From positions 2,025 to 66,024 of the forward strand of contig CAVVGR010000007.1 of NCBI GenBank assembly GCA_963747845.1: a DNA stretch of 64,000 bases, written 5' to 3'. Each line of letters opens with the position of its first letter. Within the stretch, counting starts at the first letter, position 1. Shown piece by piece: positions 51,581 through 61,545 of the stretch. The translations under genes were made by a program, and so were the position numbers. Under the pieces are notes generated by a model. The model was not told the DNA's origin. It made no database searches and saw nothing but the letters and a program-made list of their open reading frames with translations. The DNA is from an uncultured delta proteobacterium (GTDB lineage Bacteria; Desulfobacterota; Binatia; Binatales; Binataceae).

Positions 51581-51760
51581 ATGAATTACATCAACAAACT
51601 CATGGTCAGGGTCCGCGAGAGCAAGAAGGGCCAGACGATGACCGAGTACGTGCTGATTATCGCGGCGATCGCGGTGGCGGGATACATCGCGTATCAGGGC
51701 CTCGAAGGCGGTATCAACACGATCATCACTAACGTGACCGCGACTCTGAAGGCTGCGTAA
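51581..51760 (+). CDS. flp: Flp/Fap-family pilin precursor (59 aa; below the ORF-track cutoff)
   Basis: RBS aaggagg (51565-51571). MNYINKLMVRVRESKKG|QTMTEYVLIIAAIAVAGYIAYQGL... has the Flp processing motif G/xxxxEY followed by a hydrophobic helix. Confidence 0.85.
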   Translation: MNYINKLMVRVRESKKGQTMTEYVLIIAAIAVAGYIAYQGLEGGINTIITNVTATLKAA

Positions 51761-51830
51761 GACGATCGGGCTCCCGCAAAGAATTGATTTTGCGCGGAGC
51801 CAAGGAGCCAGGAGGAACTGAACTCAAACA

Positions 51831-51942
51831 ATGAATCATTGTAGCTGTCCTCAAATCAGACTCATAATCCCGATCGGTCGGTTGGGTTCGCGGGATCAAC
51901 ACGCTGCTGACTAACGTCACCGCGACTTTGAAGGGCGCGTAA
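51831..51942 (+). pseudogene. remnant of a second flp gene
   Basis: Has an RBS (aggagccaggagg) and ATGAAT... like flp. The 3' end encodes GINTLLTNVTATLKGA*, versus GINTIITNVTATLKAA* in flp. That 3' end is in a different frame from the ATG, the G/xxxxEY-helix core is missing, and the span is ~68 nt shorter. Confidence 0.55.
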
Positions 51943-51980
51943 GCATCATCTGCGAACCCGAATCCGAACTCGCGGAAAAA

Positions 51981-52008
51981 GGCGGCGGGGACCGAGTGCC
52001 CCGCTGCC
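51981..52008 (+). terminator. stem-loop between pilin genes and assembly genes (possible attenuator; no U-tract)
   Basis: ggcggcgggg-accgagtg-ccccgctgcc, a 10-bp stem with one G-U pair. Confidence 0.35.
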
Positions 52009-52193
52009 CAAATTCGAGCGTAGGCAGACGAAGTGCGACTCGATGCGAGGGAAACGATTACGTCCGGCAGCTCCGACTTCGCCCGGCTAAGCGAAGGGCG
52101 CGACGCAGCTGTCGAGAGAAGTGCATGAGCCAATGAATTCGGCCCGGGGGGGACGGTCCGCATAAGGCGGGCTGCATAAGAATGGGGGCATAG

Positions 52194-53330
52194 ATGAAGC
52201 GACCTATAGTGTTCGTGATCCTTGCGGGAGTCGGCGCGGTGCTGGCCGCGATAGTGGTCTTTTCCGCGATTAACAAGCGCGAGTCTGAAGTGCAGCGCGC
52301 GATGGCCAACACGGTCGAAGTCGTGGTCGCCGCAAATGACATCGCGCTGGGCGCGAAACTCGAGCCCGACTCCGTAAAAATGGCCCGATGGGCGCGCGAC
52401 AGCGTTCCCGAAGGCGCCTTCACTGATCCACAGGCGATAGCGGGCTCGTTCGCCAGGAGCGAGTTCATCGCCAACGAGCCGGTCGTCGCCAGCAAGCTGT
52501 TCATGGGCGAAAAGGTCTCCGGCGTGTTGCCGCTGCTGATTCCGCCCGGGATGCGTGCGATGTCGGTGCCGGTTGATGAAGTCTCGGACATCGCAGGCTT
52601 CGTCGCGCCGCATACGCGGGTCGACGTGCTGGTCGCCGTCTCGGGCACGGGCCCGGGCGAGTCGTCTTTCTCGCGCATCGTCCTGCAGAACATCGAAGTG
52701 CTGGCCGTCGCGCAGGAAATCCAACACGTCAAGGATGAGCCGGAGGTAGTGAGAGTCGTCACGTTGCTGGTGACTCCGCGCGACGCCGAGAAACTTACCC
52801 TGGCGAGCCACGAGGGGATGTTGCGATTGGCGATGCGCAATTACAGCGACGACAAGATTGTCGCGACCGACGGCGTTGCAATAACCGACTTGCTCCATCG
52901 CGGAGGCTCGCCCGCAGCAGCTTTGCCGGTGATGCAGGTGCAGCCGGAGCCGGCAGTCGCCGCGCGTCCGGCCCATGGCCCGACTACGCTTCGGCTCGAA
53001 GTGATGCGCGATGGCAGGTCGGACGAGGCGATTTCCTTCGTCCGCTCCGGCTCGGGCATGCACGCGTCGGTTCAGGCGCCGCCGCCCGACGCGCCTGCCG
53101 CTTCGGAGCCGCAGATGCCACCGCCGCCGCCGTCACTGCCCGATGCTCCCGAGTCTCCAGTCTCGTCGGCCCGGCCAGTGTGGTCGGCGGCTTTTACCTC
53201 GCCGCCCGAAAGCGCCTTCGCGGCGGTTCGAGCCGATGCAATTAACGGTCGCACAGCGGCCAATAGCGCGCCGCTCAGACCGGGGGATCCAGGCTACGAG
53301 CCGGCGCCAAAAACTTATCAGGTTCCGTGA
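52194..53330 (+). CDS. cpaB: Flp pilus assembly protein CpaB/RcpC with Pro-rich C-terminal extension
   Basis: An N-terminal TM helix, a SAF-like region (VEVVVAANDIALGAKLEPDSVKMARW) and PPGMRAMSVPVDEVSDIAGFVAPHTRVDVLV. The last ~90 aa are Pro/Ala/Ser-rich. Confidence 0.85.
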   Translation: MKRPIVFVILAGVGAVLAAIVVFSAINKRESEVQRAMANTVEVVVAANDIALGAKLEPDSVKMARWARDSVPEGAFTDPQAIAGSFARSEFIANEPVVASKLFMGEKVSGVLPLLIPPGMRAMSVPVDEVSDIAGFVAPHTRVDVLVAVSGTGPGESSFSRIVLQNIEVLAVAQEIQHVKDEPEVVRVVTLLVTPRDAEKLTLASHEGMLRLAMRNYSDDKIVATDGVAITDLLHRGGSPAAALPVMQVQPEPAVAARPAHGPTTLRLEVMRDGRSDEAISFVRSGSGMHASVQAPPPDAPAASEPQMPPPPPSLPDAPESPVSSARPVWSAAFTSPPESAFAAVRADAINGRTAANSAPLRPGDPGYEPAPKTYQVP

Positions 53331-53358
53331 TCGCAGCGTGGCAACAGGGGGAAAGGCC

Positions 53359-55197
53359 ATGAGGATACGCAAGAACATCTTAAGAGAAATCTGCCCGCCG
53401 GAGAAATTCTGCCGGCTGCTCGCCGCGGCCGGGTTGCTGCTGCTGGCAAGCGCCGCAAGCGCGCTGGCACAGGTGAAACCCGTAGTCGATTGGGTTCCGG
53501 TTTCGATTAACTCAGGCGAGACCTACGTGATCGCTAATATCAAGCCAGGCACTCAGCCGTCGGTCCACGTCGCCGATAATCCGAGCGCCTTCGTCAGCTA
53601 CAACTCGCCGCCGGGCAAGTTCACGATGCTCAGCGCGGGCCCGGGGCGGTGGATCGTCACCGTGACGAACACCTCTAATCAGGTCGTCAGCTACGACGTC
53701 AATTCGTTCGCCGTGGCGACGCCAGGCGAGCCCTTGAAACCGGGCACGGCGCCGCCTTCAATCAGCGACGGTGGCCTCAGCCCGCGCGCAGGAGCGGGCG
53801 CGTCCATGCCGACTCAGCCGGCGACGCCCGAACTGGCGACCACTCCGGGGTACAACGCAACGCCGCCAGTCAAAACGTCGACGTCATATGACGCCTCGTG
53901 GAGTGTGCCTGCCGCACCGGGTCGCGGTGCTCAGACCTACGAGCCGAATCAATCGGTCGGTCCGCTTGAGTCGCACGCCGGTCAATATCGAAACGATCCC
54001 TCGGTGCTGGATTCGAGTCCGGACTACTACGACGACAGTGTTTCCGGCGGAAAGCATTATCTGCCGAACGACGCGATAACGCTGATGATGGGCACCTCGG
54101 AGGTAATCGACTTCCAGCGCCGCGTTACCCGCATCTCGGTCGCCGACTCGAAGATCGCCGACGTCCAGGTTATCGATCCCTTCCAGCTCAACCTCATTGC
54201 TCATCAGCCCGGATTCACCACGCTGGCAATCTGGGATGCGAACGGACGCTACGAAGAACGCAGCGTGCGCATCGACGCCAGCGGCCGCCAGCAAGTGATG
54301 CTGAACACTATCGTGGCTGAGCTCGACCGCCAGAAAATGGAAGCTCAGGGGATCAATCTCTCGGCGGCGTTCTCGAAGCTGGGTCTGTCGATCGTAGGTC
54401 TGCCTGGCACCGTCGCGACACCCTATAACGCGAACAGCACTATTCAGAGTTCGAGCACTTCCGGCTCTCTGGCAGGGACTATGGAGCCCAGCGGTACGCT
54501 GCCCGGCGCCGGCTCGATAATCCCGCTGCTGTTGTCGTCGACCATGACCTACGGCCTGGCGGCAGAGAATGCCGACGTGTTGTGGCAGGCGTTCTTCCAG
54601 TTTCTCGAGAATCACAGCCTGGGCAAAATCCTCGCCGAACCGCATCTGGTCGCCAATTCCGGTGAGAAGGCAAAGTTTCTCTCGGGCGGCGAGATCCCGA
54701 TCGTGATCGCGCAGGCGCTCAACTCGACGATAGTTTTCAAAACCTACGGCACCTCCGTCGAGTTCATCCCGACCGTGATCGGCCGCGACGATATCGAACT
54801 GCTGGTGAAGCCCGAGGTCTCCCAGCCCGACTATGCGCAAGGCGTTCAGCTCTTCGGCTTCACCGTTCCGGCCTTCGTAACGCGCCGCGCGGAAACCTTG
54901 GTGCGCCTCAAGGACCGGCAGACGCTGATCATCGCCGGTCTGATTCTTCACCAGAAAAATTCCCAGGTGAACAAGGTGCCTTACCTCGGCGACATCCCCT
55001 GGGTGCGGAATTTTTTCCATACCACCTCTTACACCGACACGGAGAGCGACCTTGTGATGAGCGTAACGCCCGAAATCATCCGGCCACTGCCTCCGGGCGG
55101 AGAGGTGTACCTGCCCACCAATCGCGGCGAGATGACCTCGGCTGAAATCAAAACCGTGCCCCTCGAGCCGCCGGATGCGGCCCGGCCCCGCTTCTAG
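53359..55197 (+). CDS. cpaC: CpaC/RcpA-type secretin
   Basis: Start is MRIRKNIL at 53359, with a signal peptide (LLLLASAASALAQ). The secretin C-domain shows ILAEPHLVANSGEKAKFLSGGEIPI and VPYLGDIPWVRNFF. Confidence 0.85.
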   Translation: MRIRKNILREICPPEKFCRLLAAAGLLLLASAASALAQVKPVVDWVPVSINSGETYVIANIKPGTQPSVHVADNPSAFVSYNSPPGKFTMLSAGPGRWIVTVTNTSNQVVSYDVNSFAVATPGEPLKPGTAPPSISDGGLSPRAGAGASMPTQPATPELATTPGYNATPPVKTSTSYDASWSVPAAPGRGAQTYEPNQSVGPLESHAGQYRNDPSVLDSSPDYYDDSVSGGKHYLPNDAITLMMGTSEVIDFQRRVTRISVADSKIADVQVIDPFQLNLIAHQPGFTTLAIWDANGRYEERSVRIDASGRQQVMLNTIVAELDRQKMEAQGINLSAAFSKLGLSIVGLPGTVATPYNANSTIQSSSTSGSLAGTMEPSGTLPGAGSIIPLLLSSTMTYGLAAENADVLWQAFFQFLENHSLGKILAEPHLVANSGEKAKFLSGGEIPIVIAQALNSTIVFKTYGTSVEFIPTVIGRDDIELLVKPEVSQPDYAQGVQLFGFTVPAFVTRRAETLVRLKDRQTLIIAGLILHQKNSQVNKVPYLGDIPWVRNFFHTTSYTDTESDLVMSVTPEIIRPLPPGGEVYLPTNRGEMTSAEIKTVPLEPPDAARPRF

Positions 55198-55217
55198 ACG
55201 CGTCGGAGAAAGATCGA

Positions 55218-56438
55218 GTGCCATTTAACGGATCGAAGGGCGACGGTCGCCGCAGCACGATGAAGGTCATGCTGGTCGGCGATCCGGGCGATCAGCGCAC
55301 CCAGCTCAAGACAGTCCTGACCGGGCTGGCCGAGCCTGAACTCGAGATAATCGAAGGCGAATCCGCCACCGCCGCGAATCTCTCCGAGAACGCCTCGGCG
55401 CCGCCCGACGCGACCCTCGTGATGATCAACGGCAACGAGGAGGCTGCGCTGACGTTCCTGCAGAGCCAGGCGCTGAATTCTCCGCGTCCAGCCTTGCTGG
55501 CTGTCCTGACAACGCGCTCGGCCGGCCTGATGAAGCGCGCACTGCGTTCTGGCGCCGACGAGATTCTGTTCACGCCGCTCGATCCGGGAGAAGCCACGCG
55601 CGCGCTGCTGAAAATCAGCGAAGCGCGCTGGCGTACCGACCGGCGCGCCGGTGGCGTGGTCATTTCCGTTGTCAGCCTGGTCGGTGGCGTCGGCGTGACC
55701 TCGCTCGCGGCCAATCTGGCGCTGGCGCTCGCGTCGCTGAAACAACGGGTGGCGCTCATCGATCTCGACCTTCAGACCGGCGGCCTCGCCGTATTTCTGA
55801 ACCTCGATCCGGAAGTAACAATCATGCCGCTGGTGCGCCTGGACAATAAGCTGGATTCGATCCAGCTCGAAACCGCCTTGACCAAGCACTCGTCCGGTGT
55901 GTACCTGCTCGCCGCGCCCAAGCGAATCGAGGAGAGCGAGCTGGTTTCGGACATCACGGTCGGCGCCGTGCTCGACCTCGTGCGCCAGTTGTTCGACTAC
56001 GTGATTGTCGACTGCGGCGATCACGTCGACGAAAACGGCGTCGCCGCATGGGAGCGCTCCGAGCATCTGTTTTACGTTCTCAATCAGTCGATAGCGGCGG
56101 CGCGATGCGCGTGGCGATTCATCGATCTGTTCGAGCGCCTCGGCCTGACCACGCTCGAACCGCGGTTCATTCTCGACCGCTACAACCCGTCGCATCCGCT
56201 GACCGAGAAGGCCATCGAAGCAACTCTCGCCAAGCCCATTTACGCGAAGATTCCAACCGACGAACGCACCTTCGAAGCGATCGAGATGAAGGCGCAGGAC
56301 CTGTTCCAGGTTGCGCCCACGTCGCCGGTCGCGCACGCGATGCTCGCCCTCGCCGCCCTGGTGATGCCGCAAGTTGAGCTCGCCGCTCCGCAGGCAACCT
56401 TCATGTCGCGGATCAAATCGGCCTTCGGCGCGCATTGA
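55218..56438 (+). CDS. cpaE: CpaE/TadZ-type pilus localisation protein (REC-like N-domain plus ParA/MinD-like domain with degenerate Walker A)
   Basis: A REC-like N-terminus (MKVMLVGDPGD...) and a MinD/ParA fold. The P-loop region reads ISVVSLVGGVGVTSLAANLALAL, so both lysines of KGGxGK[ST] are absent. Confidence 0.8.
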   Translation: MPFNGSKGDGRRSTMKVMLVGDPGDQRTQLKTVLTGLAEPELEIIEGESATAANLSENASAPPDATLVMINGNEEAALTFLQSQALNSPRPALLAVLTTRSAGLMKRALRSGADEILFTPLDPGEATRALLKISEARWRTDRRAGGVVISVVSLVGGVGVTSLAANLALALASLKQRVALIDLDLQTGGLAVFLNLDPEVTIMPLVRLDNKLDSIQLETALTKHSSGVYLLAAPKRIEESELVSDITVGAVLDLVRQLFDYVIVDCGDHVDENGVAAWERSEHLFYVLNQSIAAARCAWRFIDLFERLGLTTLEPRFILDRYNPSHPLTEKAIEATLAKPIYAKIPTDERTFEAIEMKAQDLFQVAPTSPVAHAMLALAALVMPQVELAAPQATFMSRIKSAFGAH

Positions 56439-56468
56439 GGTGACGCTTGAACCAACGAGGTATGAAAC

Positions 56469-57848
56469 ATGGGACTGAATGACCGGCTCTCGAACGTCAG
56501 CAACGGCGGACGCCCCGCAGAGATCGTCAGCGGCGGTTCGCTTATCGGTGCGACCGTGCGCCGCCGCAAGGACGTAATCGCGGATAGCTCGCGCCGCCTG
56601 AAAGTCAAAGTTCATAACAAGCTGTTCGAGACTATCGACGTGTCCAAGCTCGAGACGCTCGAACCCGCGATGGTCGCGACCAAGGTTACTGCCGCCATCA
56701 ACGACATTCTTAATGAAGACGACCGTCTCCTCACCGACGGCGATCGCAACCGCCTGGTCGAGGAGCTCAAAAACGAGCTGCTCGGCCTGGGACCGCTCGA
56801 ACCGCTCCTGCGCGACGACGAAATCACCGACATCCTGGTCAACGGCCACAAGCAGGTTTACGTCGAAAAGCGCGGCAAGCTGCACCTCACCGACATCGTC
56901 TTCCAGGACGACCAGCATCTGATGCTGATCATCGACCGCATCGTCTCCCGCGTCGGACGCCGTGTCGACGAGTCGTCGCCGATGGTCGATGCGCGCCTGC
57001 CCGACGGCTCGCGTATCAACGCGATCATTCCGCCGCTGTCGCTAGACGGCCCCTCGCTCTCCATTCGCCGCTTCGGCCATCATCGGTTCGACATCGGCGC
57101 GCTGGTCGAAAAAGAAGCTCTCACCTGGGACCTGGTCGAGTTCCTGCTCGCCGTCGTCCGCGCGCGCCTCAACGTGATCGTCTGCGGCGGCACCGGCTCG
57201 GGCAAAACCACGATGCTCAATTGTCTGTCCGCGTTCGTTCCCGAAGACGAGCGCATCGTGACCATCGAGGATTCCGCCGAGCTTTCGTTGCAGCAGCCTC
57301 ACGTCGTGCGGCTCGAGACTCGCCCCGCCAATCTCGAAGGCCGCGGCGAAGTCACGCAGCGCGACCTGGTCAAGAACTGTCTCCGCATGCGCCCCGACCG
57401 AATCGTCGTCGGCGAGGTCCGCGGCGCCGAAGTCTTCGACATGCTGCAGGCCATGTCCACCGGCCACGACGGCTCCATCGCCACCATCCACGCCAACAGC
57501 CCGCGCGAATGCCTGGGCCGGCTCGAGATGATGATGCTGCTGTCGGGCGTCTCGATCCCGCAGCGCGCGATGCGCCAGCAGATAGCATCCGCGGTCAACA
57601 TTATCGTTCACGTCAGCCGCCTGTCCGACGGCTCGCGCAAGGTGATGAAAATTTCCGAGATCAGCGGCATGGAAGGCGAGATGATCATGATGCAGGACCT
57701 GTTCGAGTTTAAGCGCGTCGAGACCGGCGCCGCCGGAAAAATCAGCGGTACCTTTCAATCGACCGGCATCCGCTCCTCTTACACACAGCGGCTCGAAGCG
57801 GCCGGCTACAAGACCGAGTCCAAGGCGATTAAAACGGCCGCGCGATGA
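56469..57848 (+). CDS. cpaF: CpaF/TadA secretion ATPase
   Basis: Walker [14 protein letters not shown], Walker [27 protein letters not shown], and the His box region [13 protein letters not shown]. Confidence 0.9.
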   Translation: MGLNDRLSNVSNGGRPAEIVSGGSLIGATVRRRKDVIADSSRRLKVKVHNKLFETIDVSKLETLEPAMVATKVTAAINDILNEDDRLLTDGDRNRLVEELKNELLGLGPLEPLLRDDEITDILVNGHKQVYVEKRGKLHLTDIVFQDDQHLMLIIDRIVSRVGRRVDESSPMVDARLPDGSRINAIIPPLSLDGPSLSIRRFGHHRFDIGALVEKEALTWDLVEFLLAVVRARLNVIVCGGTGSGKTTMLNCLSAFVPEDERIVTIEDSAELSLQQPHVVRLETRPANLEGRGEVTQRDLVKNCLRMRPDRIVVGEVRGAEVFDMLQAMSTGHDGSIATIHANSPRECLGRLEMMMLLSGVSIPQRAMRQQIASAVNIIVHVSRLSDGSRKVMKISEISGMEGEMIMMQDLFEFKRVETGAAGKISGTFQSTGIRSSYTQRLEAAGYKTESKAIKTAAR

Positions 57849-58807
57849 CATCCAGCGAACTCCTGATATGCTGCGCCGTCGGCGCCGTCGCGATGGCGGT
57901 GTGCGCGGTGATCTTCATGCGCGGCAGCGACCGGCCCGGCGTTAGTCGCACCGTCCTGCGGCGCATGGCGCGGCCGAACGCGGTCGTCGCCGACGACATC
58001 ACCCGCACCGATCGTCATCGCCTCAACGGCCGCGAGCTTCTAAGCTGGCTCTACCGTCTCAATATTCTGCAGAACCTCGAGCGCAACCTCTGGCAAGCCG
58101 GCATCTATGCTCGCATCGCCGATGTCCTGCTCGTGATCCTGCTGATGTTCGCGGCGGGACTGGCGGTGGGCCAGGCTATCTGGGGCAAGGTGCTCATCTC
58201 GATCGGGATGGGCGCGGCTATTGCTGCGCTGCCGATAATCTACATCCGCGTGCGCAGGCAGCGGCGCCTGGCGGCCTTTGCCAAGCAGCTGCCGTACGCC
58301 CTCGACCTGATCAAATCGTCGCTTGAAGCGGGCCACACGCTGCTGCGCGGATTGCAGGTCGTGGTGTCCGAGTTCGCCGATCCGATTGGCGTCGAATTCC
58401 GCTCCGCCATCGAGCAGAGCCGGCTTGGGCTGCCGCTGGCGCGCGCGCTGGAAGAGATGCTCAAGCGAGTGCCGCAGGAAGATCTGCGCCTGCTGGTCGT
58501 CGGTGTCCGTGTGCAGGCGGAAGTCGGCAGCTCGCTCGCGGTAATCATCGGACGCCTGTCGGAAATCGTTCGCACACGCCAGCGTCTGCAACAACAGATC
58601 AAGGCGCTGACCGCGCAATCCAAAATGAGCGGGATACTTGTCGGTTTCTTGCCCATCGTGATGCTCGCCGCTTTCAGCATCATTCAGCCCAGCTACACCG
58701 ACACCCTCTTCTATGATCCAAGCGGGCAGAAGATCCTCGAGGTCGCCGCCGTTCTCGACGCGATGGCGTTCCTGACGATCCGCAAACTGCTGAAGGTCAA
58801 GTACTGA
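57845..58807 (+). CDS. tadB: TadB (T2SS-F-type inner-membrane platform protein)
   Basis: Has a 4-nt overlap with cpaF. The T2SSF-type core is [25 protein letters not shown], flanked by TM helices. Confidence 0.8.
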   Translation: MTSSELLICCAVGAVAMAVCAVIFMRGSDRPGVSRTVLRRMARPNAVVADDITRTDRHRLNGRELLSWLYRLNILQNLERNLWQAGIYARIADVLLVILLMFAAGLAVGQAIWGKVLISIGMGAAIAALPIIYIRVRRQRRLAAFAKQLPYALDLIKSSLEAGHTLLRGLQVVVSEFADPIGVEFRSAIEQSRLGLPLARALEEMLKRVPQEDLRLLVVGVRVQAEVGSSLAVIIGRLSEIVRTRQRLQQQIKALTAQSKMSGILVGFLPIVMLAAFSIIQPSYTDTLFYDPSGQKILEVAAVLDAMAFLTIRKLLKVKY

Positions 58808-58808
58808 G

Positions 58809-59756
58809 ATGCCGGCAATCTACGCGAGCTTGACGGTGTTCCTGTTGTTCGCCGCGATCTCGGTCGCGGTCTATGCCGCCATCTATGGTAGTCATCGCCC
58901 GTTCGACGAACGCATCACGGAGATCGGCGTCAAGATGCGCGTTACCTACGGAAATCCCGCCAACCTCGACATGGAATCGGATTCGTTTGCGAATGCGCTG
59001 TTCCGATGGGTCTCCAAGCGTCTTCCCGAGCCAGGCCTGAACACTCCCGAAGGCGAAAAGCTGTCACAGACTCTGGTTCGCGCCGGCTTTTCCGCGTCGG
59101 GCGCCGTCCGCGTATTTCATTTCACCCGTCTTGCATCGACTGCCGGAATGGCATTCACCGCGCTCGCCGCATCGGTCGCGTTCGGCTACGGCGGCGTCAA
59201 GCCGCTTGGCTTCATGCTGGCCGGCGCGGGCGTCGGCGCGTTCGCTCCGAGCTACTACGTTGGCAGGATGGCCCGGAAGCGCACGCAGGAAATCGCGAGC
59301 CAGCTCTCCGACGTTCTGGATTTGCTCGTGGTCTGCGTCGAAGCCGGCCTCGGTCTGAGCGAGGCGATAAAAGTTGTCTCCTCGGAAATGGAACGCCAGG
59401 GCCTGAAAATCGGGACCGAGCTCTCGATGGTGTCGGCCGAGCTCGCCGCCGGCAGCACGCTCGGCCAGGCGTTAAGAAATTTCGCCGATCGCACCGGAGT
59501 CGAAGACATCAAGCCGCTGGCCGCGACGCTGGTTCAGAGCGAAAAGCTCGGCGCGCAAATCGGCCCCGCACTGCGTTCGATTTCGGACACGATCCGCACG
59601 ACCCGGCGGCTCCGCGCCGAAGAAGCGGCCGCCAAAACCACCGTCAAGATTCTCTTTCCGCTCGTGTTGTTTATATTGCCCGCGATGATGAGCGTGATCG
59701 TCGGCCCCGCCATGATTCAGATCATGCGCGCGCTCACCTCCGTTCCCGGACAATAG
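58809..59756 (+). CDS. tadC: TadC (T2SS-F-type inner-membrane platform protein)
   Basis: LSDVLDLLVVCVEAGLGLSEAIKVV..., with a terminal TM pair. Immediately follows tadB. Confidence 0.8.
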   Translation: MPAIYASLTVFLLFAAISVAVYAAIYGSHRPFDERITEIGVKMRVTYGNPANLDMESDSFANALFRWVSKRLPEPGLNTPEGEKLSQTLVRAGFSASGAVRVFHFTRLASTAGMAFTALAASVAFGYGGVKPLGFMLAGAGVGAFAPSYYVGRMARKRTQEIASQLSDVLDLLVVCVEAGLGLSEAIKVVSSEMERQGLKIGTELSMVSAELAAGSTLGQALRNFADRTGVEDIKPLAATLVQSEKLGAQIGPALRSISDTIRTTRRLRAEEAAAKTTVKILFPLVLFILPAMMSVIVGPAMIQIMRALTSVPGQ

Positions 59757-59800
59757 CCGCGCTCTTGACGCGGGCCCTTCGGCACAATAACCGATCGATC

Positions 59801-60286
59801 ATGGCTGATTCAGAGCCGCGCAGCCGCGCCCTCGAGTTGTGGCATGAGGCGATGCGGTTTCACATGAACCGCGACCTCGAGCGCGCGGTCGAGCTTTACA
59901 CAAAATCCATCGAAATATTTCCGACCGCCGAGGCCTACACTTTTCGCGGATGGGCTTTCGAGGGGATGGGCCGAATCGATGACGCGATCGCGGAATGCCG
60001 CCGCGCCATCGAAGTCGATCCCGCATTCGGCAACCCGTACAACGATATTGGCGCCTATCTGATAGCCAAGGGCGAGCTCGACGAAGCCGTTCCGTGGCTC
60101 GAAAAGGCCAAGACCGCGCCGCGTTACGATCCGCGTCACTTTCCCTTCATGAACCTGGGCCGAATCTACGCCGCAAAAGGAATGGTGAAGCGCGCGATTG
60201 ACGAGTTCGAAGGCGCACTCGCGTTCGCGCCCGGCGATCCAACCTGCGAATCCGCGCTGGCGCAGCTCCGCGCGTTGCTGAATTGA
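59801..60286 (+). CDS. TPR-repeat protein (TadD-like position)
   Basis: Only the last 161 aa of ORF 59006-60286 look coding (MADSEPRSRALELWHEAMRF...). TPR-like A/Y/G periodicity is seen (AEAYTFRGWAFEGMGRIDDAIAECRRAIEVDPAFGNPYNDIGAYL). Confidence 0.65.
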   Translation: MADSEPRSRALELWHEAMRFHMNRDLERAVELYTKSIEIFPTAEAYTFRGWAFEGMGRIDDAIAECRRAIEVDPAFGNPYNDIGAYLIAKGELDEAVPWLEKAKTAPRYDPRHFPFMNLGRIYAAKGMVKRAIDEFEGALAFAPGDPTCESALAQLRALLN

Positions 60287-60287
60287 A

Positions 60288-60735
60288 GTGATCAAAGTCG
60301 GAGAGCAGGCACCCGATTTCACGCTCGCCACTCACGACGGCGTGAGCCTCTCTTTGCGCAACCTCCGCGGCGCCAAGGTGCTGTTGTGGTTCTTCGTCGA
60401 GGCCAACACGCCCGGATGCACACTCGAAGGGCGCGGCTTTCGCGACCATCAGTCATATTTCGATGAAAACAACATCCGCGTCGTCGGCATCAGCTTCGAT
60501 TCGCCCGAAGACAACGCGTCATTCGCGCGCAAGCATGAATTCGGATTTCCACTTCTGAGCGACGCGCGATCATCGCGTCGCGATTGCTTACGGCGCATGC
60601 GCGGGCGCCGGCGTAAGGTATCCCGACCGCGTGAGCTTCCTGATCGACGAGCATGGTACAATCGAGCGGGTGTACGATCAGGTCGATCCGCGCGATCATC
60701 CCGCGCGCGTGCTGGCCGACGTTCTTGGCGTGTGA
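60288..60735 (+). CDS. bcp: peroxiredoxin, Bcp type (frame change near 60566)
   Basis: APDFTLATHDGVSLSLRNLRGAKVLLWFFVEANTPGCTLEG contains the peroxidatic Cys. After ...FPLLSDA the conserved end DHRVAIAYGA...RVSFLIDEHGTIERVYDQVDPRDHPARVLADVLGV* is in the next frame. Merged length is 1 mod 3. Confidence 0.8.
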
Positions 60736-60738
60736 CCG

Positions 60739-61545
60739 ATGCCACAACTTCCGCTGAAAGTCCGCGCCGTCATCTTCGACCTCGACGAAACTTTGATCGA
60801 AGAGGAGGCCACCAACGACGCGTCCGCGCTGGCCGCGGGCAGGATTGCCGAGGCTCGCCGCGGCGTTGACCCCGTCGCCTTGCTGGCCGCCTTGCGCAAG
60901 CGCTCGCGCGAGCTGTTTCTCGCCGGCCCGATGATCGATTACTGCCGCGACATCGGCATCAGCACGCGCGAAGCGCTCTGGGGTACGTTCACCGGCAACA
61001 ATCCTTCGCTGGCCGCGCTTCGCCGATGGACGCCCACCTTCAGATTGGAATCGTGGACGGGCGCGCTGGCCGAGCTGGGCATCGACGATCGCGCACTCGC
61101 CGCCGAGATGGCGGAATTCTTTGCAATCGATCGAAGCCGGCGCCACGTAGTTTTCGCCGAATCAGAGCAGGTCCTGCACGAGTTGAAGAAGAATTTCCGC
61201 CTCGCGCTGATGACCAACGGCGCGCCCGATATCCAGGGCGCCAAAATCGACGGCTCAAACCTCGCCAGCTTCTTCGACACGATCATCATCTCCGGCGATC
61301 ACGGCTTCGGAAAACCCGACCCGCGAATTTTTCAACTAGCCCTCGCAAGACTGAAAGTCGCACCGCACGAAGCAGTGATGATAGGCGACCACCTCAATCG
61401 CGACATAGCAGGCGCCCGCGCCACCGGAATCGCAACGGTGTGGATCAATCGCTACAACCGAAAGCTGACTGGCGGTGATCCAATCGCCGATATCGAGTTA
61501 AAGGACCTGCGCAATCTGACATCGCTGTTGACGCCCCCCGATTAA
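60739..61545 (+). CDS. HAD-superfamily hydrolase (subfamily IA-like)
   Basis: Motif I AVIFDLDETL, motif II MTNG, and motifs III/IV GKPDPRIF...MIGDHLNRDIAGA. Confidence 0.8.
   Translation: MPQLPLKVRAVIFDLDETLIEEEATNDASALAAGRIAEARRGVDPVALLAALRKRSRELFLAGPMIDYCRDIGISTREALWGTFTGNNPSLAALRRWTPTFRLESWTGALAELGIDDRALAAEMAEFFAIDRSRRHVVFAESEQVLHELKKNFRLALMTNGAPDIQGAKIDGSNLASFFDTIIISGDHGFGKPDPRIFQLALARLKVAPHEAVMIGDHLNRDIAGARATGIATVWINRYNRKLTGGDPIADIELKDLRNLTSLLTPPD

Noticed and set aside
59006-59800. N-terminal 265 aa of the 426-aa ORF 59006-60286 as a real protein.
   Set aside because: This part overlaps tadC in another frame and is Arg-rich nonsense. Coding character begins at ATG 59801 (the TPR protein).
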